From positions 4,259-68,258 of the forward strand of contig JAVQUC010000002.1 of NCBI GenBank assembly GCA_033580815.1: a DNA stretch of 64,000 nucleotides, written 5' to 3'. Within the stretch, counting starts at the first letter, position 1. Each line of letters opens with the position of its first letter. This document shows positions 50,363 to 60,773 of this stretch, piece by piece. This DNA comes from Candidatus Caldarchaeum sp. (GTDB lineage Archaea; Thermoproteota; Nitrososphaeria_A; Caldarchaeales; Caldarchaeaceae). The position numbers and the translations under genes are program-made. Under the pieces are notes generated by a model. That model searched no databases. It worked only from the letters and a program-made list of their open reading frames with translations, and was not told where the DNA came from.

Positions 50363-51374
50363 GAACCATCACCACGACACGTCGGGTCAAGCTCTTGTGA
50401 ACGTAAAGGTCGTGATATTCGACGGGTTTAAAGATGCTGCATGCCTCGAGCAGGTCTGAGAAATGTGTTCTTGGAACTGTTATAGCCATCCGTGCTTTCT
50501 CTTCGAGGGCTTTCACAGCTGCTTCAGAGAACTCCTTGATGAGGTTTTTGAAAGTGGTTCCGCCGAGGGTTGCAGATCGGCCATAGGGCGGGTCGGTAGC
50601 AACCGAGTCGAAAGCCCTGGTGAACGGTAGACGTTTTGCATCCCCTTGGATGACGTGACAGTTGGATGGACTATATGTGTAGACATTTTTCCTCATGCCG
50701 TTCGAAATCCATGTTTTTAGCTCAAGCCCGACGGCCTCATGGCCCATCAACCCAGCTTCGACCACCACGGCACCAGAACCGGCGAAGGGATCTAGAATTC
50801 GGGACCTCTGGCTTCTTATAGAGAGGTTCACAAGACAGCGCGCCAGCTTGGGCTGAAGAGCTGACGGAATTTTGAAAGGCCTTTTGCCCGCCTTTCTGTC
50901 GGCAAAAAACTTCTTCGGCTTGACGGCTAAGCCAAGGCCGACCAAACATATTTTCGGAGAAACAGCGACGAAAAAGGATACGTCAGGTTTCGTGAGGTTA
51001 ACTCGAGCTCCCCGCACATTAGCGATGACCTCTGCCGCAACCCGCTTCTCAACATCGACGGAATTGGCTTGAGCGCCGCCGATCTTGTAGACTGAAACAT
51101 CAAAGCTTTTGAAGGGAGGTAATTTCCCTTCCCATCCAGGTTCGAAAACCAGCTGATCGAGTGAAACCCCTTCTGAAACCAGTTGTCCAGCCAGCTTAGT
51201 GTATGCGGCTCTCTGGACGATTTCGCGTGCCGTGGCCGTGTTGACATCAGAAATAACTATCCGATCGTCTATTCGATACACGAGACTGGTATTGCCTAAG
51301 GTTTCGAGGAGATGTTTCAGCTCGCTGGCAGAAAGAGCTGGGTTTTCGCCTGAAAGGAGGAAGAAAGTCCGCAA
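50355..51374 (-). CDS. THUMP + SAM tRNA methyltransferase (Trm11/TrmG10-like)
   Basis: LSGEN, VNLTKPD, LARCLVNL, LDPFAGSG, ATDPPYG, YVHKSLTR. Confidence 0.88.
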   Translation of the reverse strand: MRTFFLLSGENPALSASELKHLLETLGNTSLVYRIDDRIVISDVNTATAREIVQRAAYTKLAGQLVSEGVSLDQLVFEPGWEGKLPPFKSFDVSVYKIGGAQANSVDVEKRVAAEVIANVRGARVNLTKPDVSFFVAVSPKICLVGLGLAVKPKKFFADRKAGKRPFKIPSALQPKLARCLVNLSIRSQRSRILDPFAGSGAVVVEAGLMGHEAVGLELKTWISNGMRKNVYTYSPSNCHVIQGDAKRLPFTRAFDSVATDPPYGRSATLGGTTFKNLIKEFSEAAVKALEEKARMAITVPRTHFSDLLEACSIFKPVEYHDLYVHKSLTRRVVVMVLE

Positions 51375-51378
51375 GGCG

Positions 51379-52245
51379 TCAGACTAGATGGGAGGCGATT
51401 AAGCCGGCGACCGATGCGTAGCCGTAGGGGTTTGGTATCGTGTCCGTGGTGAACAATACATCGGCTCCGGCTGATAATATTTTTTCTGCAGCCGAATCGA
51501 TGAAAAGTCCGTGGACTGCTGCGACGATTACCTTACGTGGGGCGAATTTCTTGAGTAGCCGGAGAGATTTTATGATCGTGTTGCCGGTGCTTATCACGTC
51601 GTCGACGAGAACTATCTCCCTGTTCGACGGAATGTTGTCGGCCGTAACGGACACTTCGCCCGTCTCTGGGTCACGTGAAGTTCTCAAAACACCGTGCTCA
51701 GCCTCGAGCACAGACGCCACCGCCTCAGCCATCTCGGCACCCTTTTTTCCCGGCGAAACCACGAAAGGCTTTTCAACGCCAGCTTGGATGATGTAGGATG
51801 CAAGAAGCCCCGACGCATCTATGTTACCAATCATGACCGGCGACTCAGAGACGACCCAAGGCGAATGAATGTTGACCGTGATTATTTTGTGGACTTCAGC
51901 GGTTTTCAAGGCCTTTAATACAGCGTGAATGCTGACTGCTTCACCGTGGAGAAATCTTCTATCTTGTCGAGCATAAGCCATGTAGGGCACGACAGCCTTG
52001 ACTCGTTCTGCCCCGCATCCTTTTGCAGCGTCAGCCAGAAGAAGCAGCCTGATAAAATTGGTGTCTTGTGGAGGATGAAGGCCTTGGACGATGACCGCTT
52101 CTTCGCCGTCAAGGTTTCCAACGATTCTCACGTATGATTCGCCGTCCGGGAAAAGTCGGTCAACAACCTCAACCGCTTCGACGTTAGCGAATTTAGCAAT
52201 CTTTTCCGCGAGCTGTTTGGACGATGGCCCCTTAACTATTTTCAA
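51379..52245 (-). CDS. prs: Ribose-phosphate pyrophosphokinase
   Basis: FPDGESYVRI, PYMAYARQDRRF, VDDVISTGNT, VHGLF, TDTI. Confidence 0.92.
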   Translation of the reverse strand: MKIVKGPSSKQLAEKIAKFANVEAVEVVDRLFPDGESYVRIVGNLDGEEAVIVQGLHPPQDTNFIRLLLLADAAKGCGAERVKAVVPYMAYARQDRRFLHGEAVSIHAVLKALKTAEVHKIITVNIHSPWVVSESPVMIGNIDASGLLASYIIQAGVEKPFVVSPGKKGAEMAEAVASVLEAEHGVLRTSRDPETGEVSVTADNIPSNREIVLVDDVISTGNTIIKSLRLLKKFAPRKVIVAAVHGLFIDSAAEKILSAGADVLFTTDTIPNPYGYASVAGLIASHLV

Positions 52246-52343
52246 CGATGAAACAGTCTTGATTAGACCAATTAATAGTTACTCGGCGGTGAATACGCCG
52301 TATTTGGTAAACGCTTAAATAATTTGAGGCTTTTGCTGGTTCC

Positions 52344-52493
52344 ATGCAGGAGAAGCTCGAGCAGAAGGAAATTCCCGAGCCATCGCTTCCGGTCTGCGAA
52401 GCGACCCTCATGCCGGTTTCAGACGAATACACGTTCATACACCACAACTCCATCCAAATCGGAGTCCTGAAATACATCGAGAAGGCACCCTAG
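52344..52493 (+). CDS. 49-aa small protein (not in ORF track)
   Basis: MQEKLEQKEIPEPSLPVCEATLMPVSDEYTFIHHNSIQIGVLKYIEKAP*; CTTAAATA about 25 nt upstream; TAG abuts next ATG. Confidence 0.6.
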   Translation: MQEKLEQKEIPEPSLPVCEATLMPVSDEYTFIHHNSIQIGVLKYIEKAP

Positions 52494-53228
52494 ATGAGCT
52501 ACGGGTTCGACGAATTCGAGTCCAAGTTAGGGCAGTTCATATACACGATGGTGATGTATGAAAGGCTCCGCGACTACCTGCTGGAGAAGCTGAAGGGCAA
52601 GGACCGCTTGTCGGTCCGGATAAACCTCGGAGCGGACAAAACGGGAAACCAAGTGTTCATGGACGTGATACTGACGGCCGTTAAGCCTCAGCTGTTGGTG
52701 AAAACCGAGAAGACCCACGAGCCCTCGAAGAAAACCCTCTTCCTCGTTCTATCCAACGACAAGGTTGCCGGCGAGCGTCGCCACATAGCCTCTGAGATGG
52801 AAAGACTCATCTTAGAGAGCTTGAAGTGGTGGCACGGATATTTCGGGGATAAAGACCGTTTAATGCTGAACGAATGGAGGTCTGAGAAGGCTGAGGTTTT
52901 TGAGGGGAGCGTGGTGGGAGCTGTCGTCGAGATTCCTGTGGGGAAGATCGTTGTTCCACCAACTTTAGCTGCTTCTGTCTCTGAAGAAGAATACGAGGTT
53001 CTCGCGCAGTTTGCTGAGGTGTTGGGGCCGATCATCGTCAGACCATTGGAAAACGCGTTGTTTGAGCTCGTCAGCGGGGCAAAGCTATTCAGCGTTCTCG
53101 TCAACAAACTGGGTTACGAGAAAATCAAGGCAATCGTGCTCGACATGGATGACGAAAGAGCTTCCAGCATAAGGTCGGAGTTTGACGAAAAAACCGAAAA
53201 ATTTGTTAAAGCCGTTTTAAGCAGATGA
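52494..53228 (+). CDS. Hypothetical protein with ParB/Sulfiredoxin-like motifs
   Basis: VAGERRH in N-half; EIPVGKI..LGPIIVRP..FELVSG..LGYEKIKAIVLDMDDE in C-half. Confidence 0.55.
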   Translation: MSYGFDEFESKLGQFIYTMVMYERLRDYLLEKLKGKDRLSVRINLGADKTGNQVFMDVILTAVKPQLLVKTEKTHEPSKKTLFLVLSNDKVAGERRHIASEMERLILESLKWWHGYFGDKDRLMLNEWRSEKAEVFEGSVVGAVVEIPVGKIVVPPTLAASVSEEEYEVLAQFAEVLGPIIVRPLENALFELVSGAKLFSVLVNKLGYEKIKAIVLDMDDERASSIRSEFDEKTEKFVKAVLSR

Positions 53229-53231
53229 CCC

Positions 53232-53723
53232 GTGCCGCCTATCCTGAGAAAAATTCAGGGATTCTTAATGGGGAGGCCGCCCAACTACCAGGAAATATTC
53301 GAAAGAGTCGTGGCAAGCGGCCTTCCGAGCACGAAAAGACACGTCCGATACCTTCGAGACCGCGGAATAACAGCGATAATCAGCCTAACTGAATTTCCAC
53401 TTCCCAAGAAACTACTTGACGGAACAACCATCAAATACTTCCACTTCCCCCTTGAAGACCATAAGCCAGCAGACCCCAACACAATTCGCGAAATCGTGAA
53501 AACAATCCAAACGCTCGTAAAGTCGGGTGACAAAGTGCTTGTTCACTGCCTTGCCGGTCTCGGCCGGACTGGAATGGTCTTAGCTGCCTACCTGATGATG
53601 GAAGAAAAAATTGATTGGCGGGCTAGTTTGGAGAGGGTGCGTACGTTACGGCCTGGCTCTGTCGAAGCGGGCCAGGAGAAGACGTTGGAAGAACTTGAAA
53701 AAAGAGTCAAACTTGGCTTTTGA
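53232..53723 (+). CDS. Dual-specificity protein phosphatase
   Basis: VHCLAGLGRTG (HCx5R), PLEDH acid loop, VRTLRPGSVE. Confidence 0.92.
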   Translation: MPPILRKIQGFLMGRPPNYQEIFERVVASGLPSTKRHVRYLRDRGITAIISLTEFPLPKKLLDGTTIKYFHFPLEDHKPADPNTIREIVKTIQTLVKSGDKVLVHCLAGLGRTGMVLAAYLMMEEKIDWRASLERVRTLRPGSVEAGQEKTLEELEKRVKLGF

Positions 53724-55842
53724 TTGAGGACGCTACCTTGGGGCCTATGCTGGGAATTTTCGAAAGCTCTTCGACTGAGGCGTTTCTCAGGTCTTCGATG
53801 CTCTTGTATCCGGCGTTGTAGAGGTTTCGGGCCCGAACTCGGCCGACACCCTGAAGAGCAACCAGCGGAAGAAGCTCCTCCTTCACACCGTTTTCCACGC
53901 GGGACGACAATATATCGAATTGGCGCATCAAATCCCTCTTCCCCAAAATCTGCATCAACTGCGAGGCAGAATATGCAATCCAGCTAGTCCTCTCCCGCAA
54001 AACCGCCAAGTCTCCCGGCTCTACACCGAACCTTTCATACAGCTCCCCTTCTCCTGTTTCGTCTATCCATGCCTTCATCAACACAGCCGTCTTCAGCGAG
54101 TCGAGGAAAAGTTCGTATTCATCCGGGTCTTCGGTCGGATCTGGTATCTCGAAAAACTGTTCACGGTTCTCCTCGACGAACCTCTCGAGCTTCCATTGCT
54201 CCACACGTCTCATCGGAACGGTGGGAACTTCGGAGGTGTTACAGACAACTTGGAGAAGGCCGAGGTCCGTGAAAATTTTTGGCTTTTTTTCGCATGTTTT
54301 GATGATTTTGACGGCGGTCAGAGGGTCGATGTAAAGCTCCGAAACCCTACGGCCTAAACGTGTTGCCTCCAAGACATCGTCCTGTTTTATGAATCCTTCA
54401 CTTTCCAAGAATTCAACTGATGTTTCGAGGGACTTGCGAACCATTGCTGAACCAAACTGATGGCAGAGGAACGTCGATTCGAAGAATCTCACTAAGCCGT
54501 CGAGATTTTTTATGGTTTCAGAAGCGATAACTGCGAGCGCTTGTATGCGTAGATGTTTTTCGCTCCCGAGCCTCGACCATATCCGCTCCGGTTTGCCTTT
54601 CACGTATTTTTCCATTATCAGCTCCAATTCATCCTCGTTACGTGCTATGGTCAAAGCTTCACCGTAGCTGTCGTAGTTGGGCCTTCCAGCCCTTCCGCAA
54701 AACTGCTTATATTCGGTGACGGAAATGCTCCTCACACCCTCTCCAACCTCATAACGTCTGAGCTCAGGTATGATGACCACGCGGGCTGGAAGGTTCACCC
54801 CCGCCGCGAGAGTAGGCGTGGCGCATAAAGCCTTCAAAACCCTCTGCCTAAAGGCGTTCTCTACGTATCGTCTGTGAACAGCGCCGAGGCCTGCGTGGTG
54901 AAAGCAAGCACCCTGTCTTATGAGGGCTGCGACGCGTTCCGTAAAGGAAGATGTTTCGGTCGCCAGTAAAAGCTCATCAGCCAACTGGCTAAGCTGGTAT
55001 TTCTCCTTGTCCGAAACGAGGCCGTGTCGAACGAGTGCTGCGGCAGCTTTCTCAGCGTATTGCTCCGCTCTTTTTCGGGTGTTGGCGAAGATGATGACCT
55101 GCCCGCCGTCGGCAACTGTTTCGACGAGGAGGGATATCGCTGGGTTGTAGTCGTTTTCGTTGACCCTACGCTTTGTCTTGTCTGCGTATGTTATTTCGCC
55201 GTCATGGTATACGCCCTCTTTGAGGGGAACCGGCCTCCAGTTGAGGGCGACTAGTTGTGCGTTGAGCCATTCAGCAAGTTCCTCGGCGTTTGGAGCTGTC
55301 GCACTAAGGGCTAGTAGCTGGGCTCGTGGGTTTTTGTTCCGGAGCCTCGTCAAAGTCATTTCCAAAGTTGGGCCACGGTCAACGTCTCCTATGGTATGCA
55401 CTTCGTCGGCCACCAAGAGAGATATGCTGTCTATCCATGGAGCCCTGTGTCTGAGAAGGCTGTCGGCTTTTTCATTCGTGGCTATAATGACATCGTAAGA
55501 GCCGAGCCATGGGTCGGCGGAGTCGTAGTCGCCTGTACTCGCGACGACCTTGAATTCATCACGCAAAAAATTGGAAAACTCAGCGAACTTCTCGGAAGCT
55601 AGAGCACGCAAGGGGGTCAGATATAGAACTTTTCCCCCTTTTACGAGATGATTGTAAGCCGCCATCATGGCAATCAGGGTTTTTCCAGAGGCTGTCGGGG
55701 TGGCGACCATCAACGCTTTTCCTTCGAGAAGGCCTTTCTCCAGAGCATGCGCTTGAGGGGGGTAGAAACTGGTTATTCCTATTCTTTCGAGGGCTTTACG
55801 GAGGAACGGCGGCGTGTCGGCTGGAGTTCTGAAGGTTGTCAT
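53707..55842 (-). CDS. hel308: Hel308/Ski2-like DEAD-box helicase
   Basis: PTASGKT, PLRALA, DEVH, LSAT, FHHAGL, TLAAGVNLPA, GRAGRP, C-terminal HhH. Confidence 0.93.
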   Translation of the reverse strand: MTTFRTPADTPPFLRKALERIGITSFYPPQAHALEKGLLEGKALMVATPTASGKTLIAMMAAYNHLVKGGKVLYLTPLRALASEKFAEFSNFLRDEFKVVASTGDYDSADPWLGSYDVIIATNEKADSLLRHRAPWIDSISLLVADEVHTIGDVDRGPTLEMTLTRLRNKNPRAQLLALSATAPNAEELAEWLNAQLVALNWRPVPLKEGVYHDGEITYADKTKRRVNENDYNPAISLLVETVADGGQVIIFANTRKRAEQYAEKAAAALVRHGLVSDKEKYQLSQLADELLLATETSSFTERVAALIRQGACFHHAGLGAVHRRYVENAFRQRVLKALCATPTLAAGVNLPARVVIIPELRRYEVGEGVRSISVTEYKQFCGRAGRPNYDSYGEALTIARNEDELELIMEKYVKGKPERIWSRLGSEKHLRIQALAVIASETIKNLDGLVRFFESTFLCHQFGSAMVRKSLETSVEFLESEGFIKQDDVLEATRLGRRVSELYIDPLTAVKIIKTCEKKPKIFTDLGLLQVVCNTSEVPTVPMRRVEQWKLERFVEENREQFFEIPDPTEDPDEYELFLDSLKTAVLMKAWIDETGEGELYERFGVEPGDLAVLRERTSWIAYSASQLMQILGKRDLMRQFDILSSRVENGVKEELLPLVALQGVGRVRARNLYNAGYKSIEDLRNASVEELSKIPSIGPKVASSIKSQV

Positions 55843-57860
55843 GTAACCTTGTAAGCACCCGTTCTGGGCATGAATACGCGGCCGTCGGTAATCAGCCGCG
55901 TAAGAATTTTCGTGATCTCCTCATCAGTCAACCCTTCCTGTAAAAGTGCTGAACGGAGCTCCTGCTCCGCGGCGTATCCGCTTTTCTCCTCAAACCTCTT
56001 TATCATGTCGATGACTGTTTTCATCTTTTCGCGGACGCTTTTGGGCTTTCCCGTCATTATCACGTCGATGTCTGGTTTGCCCGTCTCGATGTCGACACCA
56101 ACCTCCTGAAGGCTTTTCTTCATCAACAGAATTACAGCGGCCGCATCTTCTTCGTCGGCCGTCGTCCTAAGGCGGGCTCTTGCATGAGCTTCCGTCAACC
56201 TGATGAGTGATTCGAACTGCCTAGCGGTAATGCTCACTGTCGAAGTAGTTTCGTACAGCGACCTCATCTTCAGATAAAACTCTTCGAGAAGCCGGAGAGC
56301 CTTGCTCGACACGGTCGGCTCGTATCTCTTTGCGTAGGCAATGTATTTTCGCAACATGTCAGGGGGGATTGGTGGAGCTCTTTCGGGCTCGCCAAGCTGG
56401 TGAAGCGCGGAAATGTGGGCAGAAATTTTTCTGTCGACATCGGGGTTTGGCTCGTCCCGGAGCACAAAGATTAGGTCGAAACGAGAAAGAATCGTTATCG
56501 GAAGGTTTACGTTTTCGGCGAAATTTTTGTATGGGTCGTATCGACCGAATGCAGGGTTCGCCGCCGCGAGGACGGCCGTTCTCGCGTTAAGCGTCGCCAC
56601 GATACCTCCTTTAGCGATGCTCACGGTCTGCTGGGCCATGGCTTCATGAATGGCGACGCGGTCTTCAGGACGCATCTTGTCGATTTCATCGATGCAGCAA
56701 ACACCCATGTCCGCCAAAACCATGGCACCGGCCTCAAGAACCATGCCCCCTTCTTTTTCACGGATGACGGCAGCAGTCAACCCAGCCGCGGTCGACCCCC
56801 TGCCGGAGGTGTAGATTCCGCGCGGAGCGATCGATGCAACGTACTGAAGAATCTGGCTTTTCGCCGTTCCAGGGTCGCCAACCAAAAGCACGTTTATGTC
56901 TCCTCTCACGCGTAGTCCGTCAGGGAAAACTTTGGACCTACCGCCCATGAGGAGTAGTAAAATAGCTTTTTTGACGTGGTCGAGGCCGTAAATCGAAGGC
57001 GCGACCGAGTCAACAAGTTTGTTGATGATGAACGCGTCTTCGGCCATTTTCTTGAAAAGTCTTTCGTCTTCTGGGGAGATGTGGACTGCCTGAGGCTCTT
57101 TGCTCGCCGGCTCGATGCTCACAGCCTCAAGGTATATTCGGAAAGTCTTGAGAGGGCCTTCGCCTCCTCTTTCCTGAATGGATTCCACCACGCCGACACC
57201 AATAACTCTGTCACCGGGCCTGACAACGTCTACCAAATCATCTTTGAGCCTCATCTCGATGACGCGTGGAAGCTGTCCCGGAGGAAGGTCTTCAGGCTTT
57301 TCCTGCACACCGATAACCTGATAATCCATGTAGGCGGACTCCTCTGGGACGAGTTCGAAGCTTGGTCTCCGACTACCCCTGCACGTCTTGTCGAGGCAGG
57401 CTTCAGGAGTTAATAACTTCTGAGAAACCTGTTCAACTTCCTGGGTCAACCCACAGTAACGGCAACGGAAAACACCTATCCTAAGAATGGGCTTTACTGC
57501 AGACGCCTTCGAAACCAACCCGTCAACCATAACGAGTTTCCGCAGGTGCTCAGACCTGACCTCCCTAATCGAAGTGACGGCAGGAAGAGAAACAACTCTG
57601 GCAGTGAACGATTTTATTGAGGCAGCGTATTCAGGGTCCTCTATCTGCAGCTGCCTGTAACAAGCTCTGTTAAGGATGTTGTACATGACTTTAGGCCTGT
57701 TTACAAGCTCAGTCGCAAATCTTTCGTCAAATTTTATTAGATCGGCGAAGTCAACGGGTATGCTTCGTTTCTTTTTAATCGCGGATTCGCGAAGGAGCTC
57801 CCGATACTTTTCAGACTTAAAGAAGGAGACCAGCTTCTCCTCAAGAGGCTGTGACTCCAT
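55839..57860 (-). CDS. mcm: MCM replicative helicase (no intein)
   Basis: CxxC..C..C Zn finger, GDPGTAKSQ, IDEIDKM, AANP, SRFD, ITARQ. Confidence 0.97.
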   Translation of the reverse strand: MESQPLEEKLVSFFKSEKYRELLRESAIKKKRSIPVDFADLIKFDERFATELVNRPKVMYNILNRACYRQLQIEDPEYAASIKSFTARVVSLPAVTSIREVRSEHLRKLVMVDGLVSKASAVKPILRIGVFRCRYCGLTQEVEQVSQKLLTPEACLDKTCRGSRRPSFELVPEESAYMDYQVIGVQEKPEDLPPGQLPRVIEMRLKDDLVDVVRPGDRVIGVGVVESIQERGGEGPLKTFRIYLEAVSIEPASKEPQAVHISPEDERLFKKMAEDAFIINKLVDSVAPSIYGLDHVKKAILLLLMGGRSKVFPDGLRVRGDINVLLVGDPGTAKSQILQYVASIAPRGIYTSGRGSTAAGLTAAVIREKEGGMVLEAGAMVLADMGVCCIDEIDKMRPEDRVAIHEAMAQQTVSIAKGGIVATLNARTAVLAAANPAFGRYDPYKNFAENVNLPITILSRFDLIFVLRDEPNPDVDRKISAHISALHQLGEPERAPPIPPDMLRKYIAYAKRYEPTVSSKALRLLEEFYLKMRSLYETTSTVSITARQFESLIRLTEAHARARLRTTADEEDAAAVILLMKKSLQEVGVDIETGKPDIDVIMTGKPKSVREKMKTVIDMIKRFEEKSGYAAEQELRSALLQEGLTDEEITKILTRLITDGRVFMPRTGAYKVT

Positions 57861-58373
57861 CTACCCATCTCCCCTCGACAAAACTGCATTGACCCATTCA
57901 TCCACGATTCGGAACACTCTCCTGTACAAGTTTTCCTCTTCCGGAGTCATTCGACGAACAATATCTCCTTCGAGTCTTTTGGCCGCTATGGAAACTATTT
58001 TGGTCATCCGCATCGTGACGATGTCAAGAAACCTTTTCCTGACGTTATCGTCGTATGCGGCTGTTTTTGAAACTTCGACGTAGAAGTGCTTTGGTATAGA
58101 CTGAAGCTCGGCAGGGTTGTTCTTTTCCCTCCATTCTGTCTGCACCAGCTGACTGGCTACGGTGGGCTTCGACACATGCTCGGCATACCCTTTAGAGACT
58201 AGGATGTCCGCGACCCAATTCCAGACGTTGAGAACAACACCTTTCTTCAAATCCTCATATGATTTACCTCCGAAGCAGAGACGCGGAATATCGGTAGTGA
58301 GAACGATTTTCGTCGTCGAATGAAGATAGTCCAGACGGTTCTCATCAATTACCTCGGCGAAGGCCCGAAACAT
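57861..58373 (-). CDS. GINS subunit Gins23
   Basis: B domain first (WNWVADIL..G), LQSIPKHFY, R..KI, MTPEEE; directly upstream of mcm. Confidence 0.8.
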   Translation of the reverse strand: MFRAFAEVIDENRLDYLHSTTKIVLTTDIPRLCFGGKSYEDLKKGVVLNVWNWVADILVSKGYAEHVSKPTVASQLVQTEWREKNNPAELQSIPKHFYVEVSKTAAYDDNVRKRFLDIVTMRMTKIVSIAAKRLEGDIVRRMTPEEENLYRRVFRIVDEWVNAVLSRGDG

Positions 58374-58489
58374 CCACCCATCGACGGGATGAGACTCTAC
58401 TTAAACATAGTTTGGCACGGTAACTTCATATGCCGTGAATGTGAACTGGGATAATATTTTTGAGGGCGGCTGGAAAACGGGTAACAGGG

Positions 58490-59497
58490 ATGAAAATAGC
58501 TATAGTGGGCTTGGGTGTGGCAGGGACCTATCTTTTGAGGCGTCTTTCAGTAGAGCATGAAGTGGTTGGGTTTGAAAGGCAGCCTCGCGAAAACTTCATG
58601 GCCATATGTGCGTGGGGTACTTCTCGCAATCACATCAAAAAATTCATGGCCAACGTTGACATAGACTTTGACGATTATCTCCTGCATTTAGGCGAGAACT
58701 TGATTTTGGACAACGGTCGTGAAACCTCTACGATTCCGATAAAAGGTCTCTGTACGTATGACAAAGCTCGTCTTCAGCTTGACATGACAAAGGGTCATAA
58801 AGTTCATTACGGAGTCACTCCAACGGTTGAGGATTTAGCGAAGGATTTTGACCTGATAATAGATGCGACGGGAATTTCGCGGGCGCTCTTGCCCCCGGCC
58901 GAGAGGGATGAAATCGTGCCCTGTTTCGAATACCGGGTGAGGTACAACGGCCGCATGCCCTACGAAGACTTCTACGTCCGTGTCTTCCCAAACACCAGTG
59001 GATACCTCTGGTATTTTCCGCTCAACGAAGGCGAAGTATACGTTGGTGCGGGTCATGTCTCCGGCCGTCACGTGAAAGAGGTGAATGATTTTCTCACAAA
59101 CAACGGCGGTGAGATCGTCGTCCGTTATGGAAAATCGGTGAGACTGGCGCCGCCAGAATTTCTCCAACCTTTCACCGCGGGCAAAGTCGTCGGTGTAGGT
59201 GAATCAATCGGAACCGTCTTCCCCATGCTCGGCGAAGGAATAATCCCAAGCCTAGAATGCGCTGAAATATTTGTCCAAACGCTTGGTGACTTGAAGGAAT
59301 ACGAGAAAGAAGTTCTGAGAACCTTCAAACCTTTTTCGGACATGTACAAGCTCGTCAAGCTCAGGCAGAGGAACGAGCTCAGCTTTTCCAGGCATCTCCC
59401 ACTTATCGTCCGATGCCACCAATACATGAAGAGCCGAGAGGAGAGGTTTGGGCTGACTATCCGGAAAAAGGACCTTTTGCTGATACTCAACGCCTAG
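58490..59497 (+). CDS. FAD-dependent oxidoreductase, geranylgeranyl reductase-like
   Basis: IVGLGVAG Rossmann, IDATG, GYLWYFP, VGESIG.V.P..GEGI. Confidence 0.75.
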   Translation: MKIAIVGLGVAGTYLLRRLSVEHEVVGFERQPRENFMAICAWGTSRNHIKKFMANVDIDFDDYLLHLGENLILDNGRETSTIPIKGLCTYDKARLQLDMTKGHKVHYGVTPTVEDLAKDFDLIIDATGISRALLPPAERDEIVPCFEYRVRYNGRMPYEDFYVRVFPNTSGYLWYFPLNEGEVYVGAGHVSGRHVKEVNDFLTNNGGEIVVRYGKSVRLAPPEFLQPFTAGKVVGVGESIGTVFPMLGEGIIPSLECAEIFVQTLGDLKEYEKEVLRTFKPFSDMYKLVKLRQRNELSFSRHLPLIVRCHQYMKSREERFGLTIRKKDLLLILNA

Positions 59498-59536
59498 CAG
59501 AAGGTTTATAAAAAGCCGTCACATCGCTGGACCAAG

Positions 59537-60773
59537 GTGGTCGAAACTAAAGCTCGTTTGCAGAAACTGTGGTTCCGAATACCCGAACGAGCTGAGGAAC
59601 GTCTGCGATAAGTGTCTTGGCGCCCTAGACGTGTTATACGAGAAAATAGAACCGGGACTAAGAGCGAGAATCGCAAGCAGCCCAGTCCGTGGGGTATGGC
59701 GTTATGCAGAACTTCTTCCGGTTGAGAAAAAGTTCCGCGTGGATATCGGCGCCGGTGGAACGCCGTTGGTTAAAGCACAAGAGTTGGGGAGAATCTTGAA
59801 CATCAGGAATCTCTACATAAAAAACGACACGGTCAACCCCTCTTTTTCATTCAAAGACAGGCCGGCCTCTGTCGCGGTCTCAAAGGCGAAGGAGTTCGGA
59901 CTTCGAGTTGTCGGATGTGCCTCCACGGGTAACCTTGCTTCGGCGACTGTTGCGCATGCGGCCGCTGCTGGGTTGACGGGGTTCGTCCTCATGCCCGACA
60001 CAGTGGAGCTGCCGAAAGTGAAACAAGCATCAATCTACGGCGGAAAGGTTATTCTCATCGACGGAACTTATGACGACGTTAACAGGCTCGCATACCTGCT
60101 TGTCGATTCATCCGAAGTGGGAATTGTCAACGTCAACCTCAGGCCCTTCTACGTCGAAGGTTCGAAAACCATGATTTACGAAGTCGTTGAAGCGCTCGGA
60201 TGGAGAGCACCGCAGCACATCGTCGTTCCGATGGCCAGCGGAGCTCTGTTCGGAGCCCTGCATAAAGGCTTGGAGGAATTCGAAAAGTTCGACGTGATAC
60301 ATGGACACGAGACAGTTTTCCACGGCGTCCAACCAGTGGGTTGCTCCCCGATATCAACTGCCTTCGAAGAAGGGGCGGACGAAATCAGGCCTGTAAAGAA
60401 ACCTGAAACACTCGTTAAAAGCTTGGCCATAGGGAACCCGGGAGACGGGCTCTATGCTCTAGCCATCGCGAGGAAAACTGGGGGAACATGCCAGAAAATC
60501 CGAGATTCTGAAACGGTCGAGGCCGTCAAACTTCTCGCCAAACACACGGGAATCTTCGCGGAGCCGGGAGGAGCGATAACGGTCGCCGCCGTCAAAAAGA
60601 TGAGAGAGGAAGGAGTCATAGATGAGGGTGACGAAGTGGTCTGCTGCGTTACGGGCGCCGGGTTCAAGGTCGACGAGGTGCTTGAGCAGATAGGCGGTCA
60701 AACCTACGTCGTGCCGGCACGGGTCGACAGGATCATCGAAGTCCTAGAGGGAAAACACTCCGTCTCTATCTAG
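59537..60773 (+). CDS. thrC: Threonine synthase (paralog 2); apparent one-base frameshift just after the start
   Basis: NPSFSFKDR, ASTGNLA, EGSKT, EPGGA, TGAGFK; in-frame CRNC..CDKC ribbon lies upstream of the tracked start 59631 but the GTG at 59537 is one base out of frame. Confidence 0.8.

Noticed and set aside
52285..52300. Short inverted repeat CGGCG-N7-CGCCG, and CACGGTA/TGCCGTG near 58416-58437
   Set aside because: Stems too short to distinguish from chance
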